Shown one piece after another: positions 60,996-64,000 of a stretch of DNA of 64,000 nucleotides. The stretch spans positions 25,112,001 to 25,176,000 of the forward strand of contig CM052817.1 in NCBI GenBank assembly GCA_028534125.1, written 5' to 3'. A model generated the notes under the pieces. That model did not search any database. It saw only the letters and a list, made by a program, of their open reading frames with translations, and was not told where the DNA came from. A program made the translations under genes and the position numbers. This DNA comes from Lama glama (taxonomy: Eukaryota). Every line of letters starts with the position of its first letter. The first letter of the stretch is position 1.

Positions 60996-61168
60996 TAGCT
61001 ACTCAGAGTAATCCTTGGACCAGTAGCATTACCTGGGAGCTTCTTAGAAATGCAGAATCTCAGGGCTCTCAAGACCTCCTGAATCATAATCTACATTTAG
61101 ATAAGACCAACTCCCGCCCTCCCCCTGAGCGATTTGGATATTCAGTCATGTTTGAGAAGCACCAGCCT
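60996..61168. mobile_element. MER5A (hAT-Charlie)
   Basis: 'ctactcagag..ccttggaccagtagcattacctgggagcttcttagaaatgcagaatctcaggg...gtttgagaagcacc'. Confidence 0.8.
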
Positions 61169-62052
61169 GGTGAACCATGCTGCAGGTGGGGTTGCCATCC
61201 TTATCTTTTGGCTTGATTAGACTCCTCCATCTTGGGTCTTGGCTGAGATGTCACCTCCTCAGGGAAACTTCCCGTAACTTTCTTAATTCCCTTAGTTACC
61301 CTTGCCAGGTGACTTCAGAGCATGCTACACTCCTCTAGTCATTGAAATTGTCACATTTTACAGCCAAGCAAGACAGACAAGCAATTCAATGGGCAATTAC
61401 GATCAACTCAGTGAGGGCCAGGATCAGATATGCGTGTCCCCAGGTGCTCAAATGCTCCCAGGATATGCCAAAGAAAGTCATGCATTCAGGGGTATCTTCT
61501 TTCTAAAAATGGTTTCATTGCAAAAACATCAAGCACATCTCTGTATTTAAGATGACCATTGACCTGGTCTTTGAATGGTCTCCACTTAAGGGCATCAGGG
61601 CAACCTATAATGCCAATTCCTTTTAGAACACTAACCCGCCATTTATGAGGTCTAGTTAATTTCAGCAGATGGTAATAACCACACCTCAAGTATCATCCCA
61701 ATAAAGTCCAGTAATTAGGGCAGCACCCTTCCTATCATTTTCAGTCCAGAGGGCTCCACCCTGTCCCCTAATTACCATGGTCCACAGGGCACAGCCCCAG
61801 GAAACAAACAAGGAAGTCCTTCTTTACCAGCTTTTCCTCAGTCTCTTGCCAATGTATAAAGTGGCCCTGTCCCTTCCTGCTAAATAAACTGTGTTGTAGT
61901 TTGGAAGTGAATTATTGCCTCTCTTTAAGTGATGTTTGAAGTTCTGGATAGGATAGTATTTGCAGTCATCAGAGGTCACCTTACCGTTGGCTAATTCATG
62001 GGTTCTTGCAGGGGGTACAGTTGTTGAGGAAGCAAGCAGTTTGCAAATGTCC

Positions 62053-62053
<1 letters not shown>

Positions 62054-62101
<48 letters not shown>
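62054..62101. repeat. (AC)24 perfect microsatellite
   Basis: Read directly. Confidence 0.98.
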
Positions 62102-62103
<2 letters not shown>

Positions 62104-63204
62104 TGAAGGCTTTCCAGCTCTTCTAAACAAAGTGGTCAGTTCTTCTCCAGCTGGTTTTAAAAGTTTCCCTGGAATGAAGGCACCTCAGGATCTAAGCTGA
62201 ATTTATTTCCAAAGTCTCCTTCCCATGTTAGTCTGGTACCTACATAAAACTTTCTTGAAGATTGGAAAACAGAGGGTGCAAATGATGACGTAAAAGGAAA
62301 CAGAGACAGCCACGGGATGAAGTGTGAGTAAATTTACACCATTGTAGGGGACACAGGACGGGGCGGGGCAGGGCAGTACCGCTGAAATTGCAGGTAAGAA
62401 GCCTGTGCTGAATAGTAGAGAGAGGAGCTTGAATGTAAGGGCTTGGAGACTAAATCTGAGGGGCTCCAGAAGATCCTACCCAGGTGGGTTATGGGACTAC
62501 ATTTCTAGAAATTCCTTTGGAAAAGAGAGTATTCTTGGGGCTAGTTTAATTCTCTCTGAGGGCAACAGAATGGGTGGCATAACCTTTCTGGGGACACTTT
62601 AACTTTTTTTCAATTCTCTGATTTCCCTTTCTGGCAGTATCTGAAAAGTCATGATTTCTGTAGGCCCCCTCCCCTTTATTAGTCCTTTAAAAGTTTCACC
62701 TTCTCCACAAAGCCTTTGGAAACAAACTACAAATAGATTTAAAAGTCTGTTTTTTTTTCTGAAGGAAGGTAGGGGAACTGATATTCCCTGCGGGCCTCCA
62801 AAGGGCCAGCTCAGTCTCGGCCCCTTGGTTGGTCTTATTTCATTGAATCTTCATGACAGCTGTGTCTATGTACATATTCAGTACATTTCATTTATTTTAC
62901 GTATTTTTCACATGAAGAAATTTTAGAAAGATTAAATCATTTACATATGGCTATGCAAATTAACACGAATAATTAACTCTAAAACTCACATAATTGAAAT
63001 TCATACCCTTTTCCTTATCTCATACTGCTTCTAAACTTGCCCTTTCTTTGCATGCACATAAGCAGACAGACAGAAAGACACACAAAACCCAGCCTTAACA
63101 TTGGACAGAATATAAAGATTTTTATTTGTACCTACGTTAGGTATCTGAACTATTTGTAACAACCATTTTTAAGCTTTCTATGATTTGGCTCAAATGTTGA
63201 GATT

Positions 63205-63227
63205 ATATCTATTTATATATATAAATA

Positions 63228-63283
<56 letters not shown>
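63205..63283. repeat. (AT)n microsatellite with T tract
   Basis: Perfect (AT)n about 63232-63275 with AT-rich flanks. Confidence 0.95.
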
Positions 63284-63284
<1 letters not shown>

Positions 63285-63285
<1 letters not shown>

Positions 63286-63412
63286 TGACACTGTAAATTC
63301 CTCAAGGGAAGGACCAACATTTTCATTCATTTCTATTCCTCCTCCCAGCAGGCCCCCTGGCTCTAGCACATACAGTGCTTGCGCTCAGTAGATGTTAGTC
63401 CATATTTGATAA
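63285..63412 (+). mobile_element. L2 LINE tail
   Basis: 'cactgtaaattcctcaagggaaggacc...ctctagcacatacagtgcttgcgctcagtagatg'. Confidence 0.65.
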
Positions 63413-63669
63413 CCAACTGTGGATAAGGGACCTATCCTATTGAATTTGTTTTTTCATTCATCTTCAAAAATCCTGGCAAGGAAGCACATGAAAGAGTGTC
63501 CCATTTATAAAGGAGAACCCACTACAGATGCCTTTCATTAGTCTGGCATCAGAACTGCTTTTTTAGAAATTGTTTCCTAACTGGTGTTCCAATTTAGCAA
63601 TCTGAATATCCTAAAAGGAACTGGCGGTCTTTGTCAACAGCTCAGGATGTGGCTGGACACTGTGACCTG

Positions 63670-64000
63670 GCCTTGTCAGAGTCCATCCAAGGCAGGAAAA
63701 AGGGGGTATATGCAAATAGGGCAACTAAGATGAGTGTTTTAGAGGGACAATTTACCAAGGTGTGGGCAGAGTTAAGGGAAACCAAGCAGGGATGGAGCAG
63801 GAACCAGGATGGATTAGCAACACTGGGGAGCAGGTACCACCCTTGCCTGAAGGGGCAAAAGAAAGACTGGTTATAGAACCTGGAGGAAATCAGTGTGAAC
63901 AGAGGGCCACTGTGACCTTCAGGTAGCAACAGGCAGATCCTTGAAAGGAATGAGCTGGGGAAGTTAATACTTTGACCTCATTCTTTCCCTACCCTTTTCT
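63670..64000 (-). mobile_element. ERVL LTR, LTR41-like, cut by window end
   Basis: 'gggacaatttaccaaggtgtgggcagagttaagggaaaccaagcaggga...gcaggtaccacccttgcctgaaggggcaaaag'; parallels 41200-41706. Confidence 0.65.

Overview
Mammalian non-coding genomic DNA, most likely camelid (alpaca/llama/camel), inferred from three copies of a tRNA-derived SINE resembling Vic-1 and from the lack of recognisable Alu, B1/B2 or Bov-tA/A2. A large share of the window is interspersed repeat: old MIR, L2 and L3/CR1, MLT1 and LTR33/LTR41-type ERVL LTRs, MER5A and Tigger/MER2-type DNA transposons, and many 5'-truncated L1 fragments of different ages, plus microsatellites. I recognise no protein-coding exon of a known gene. 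The ORF track looks like chance ORFs, simple-repeat translations and L1 ORF2 remnants. Between the repeats are several repeat-free patches with promoter-type motifs ending in strong plus-strand splice donors (~11.7, 16.3, 24.0, 36.1, 47.2, 62.4 kb) and one strong acceptor (54.0 kb). These may be alternative first exons of an unidentified gene or lncRNA, but that is inference. There are no prokaryotic-type systems. Repeat subfamily names come from remembered consensus sequences, and boundaries of old repeats are approximate.
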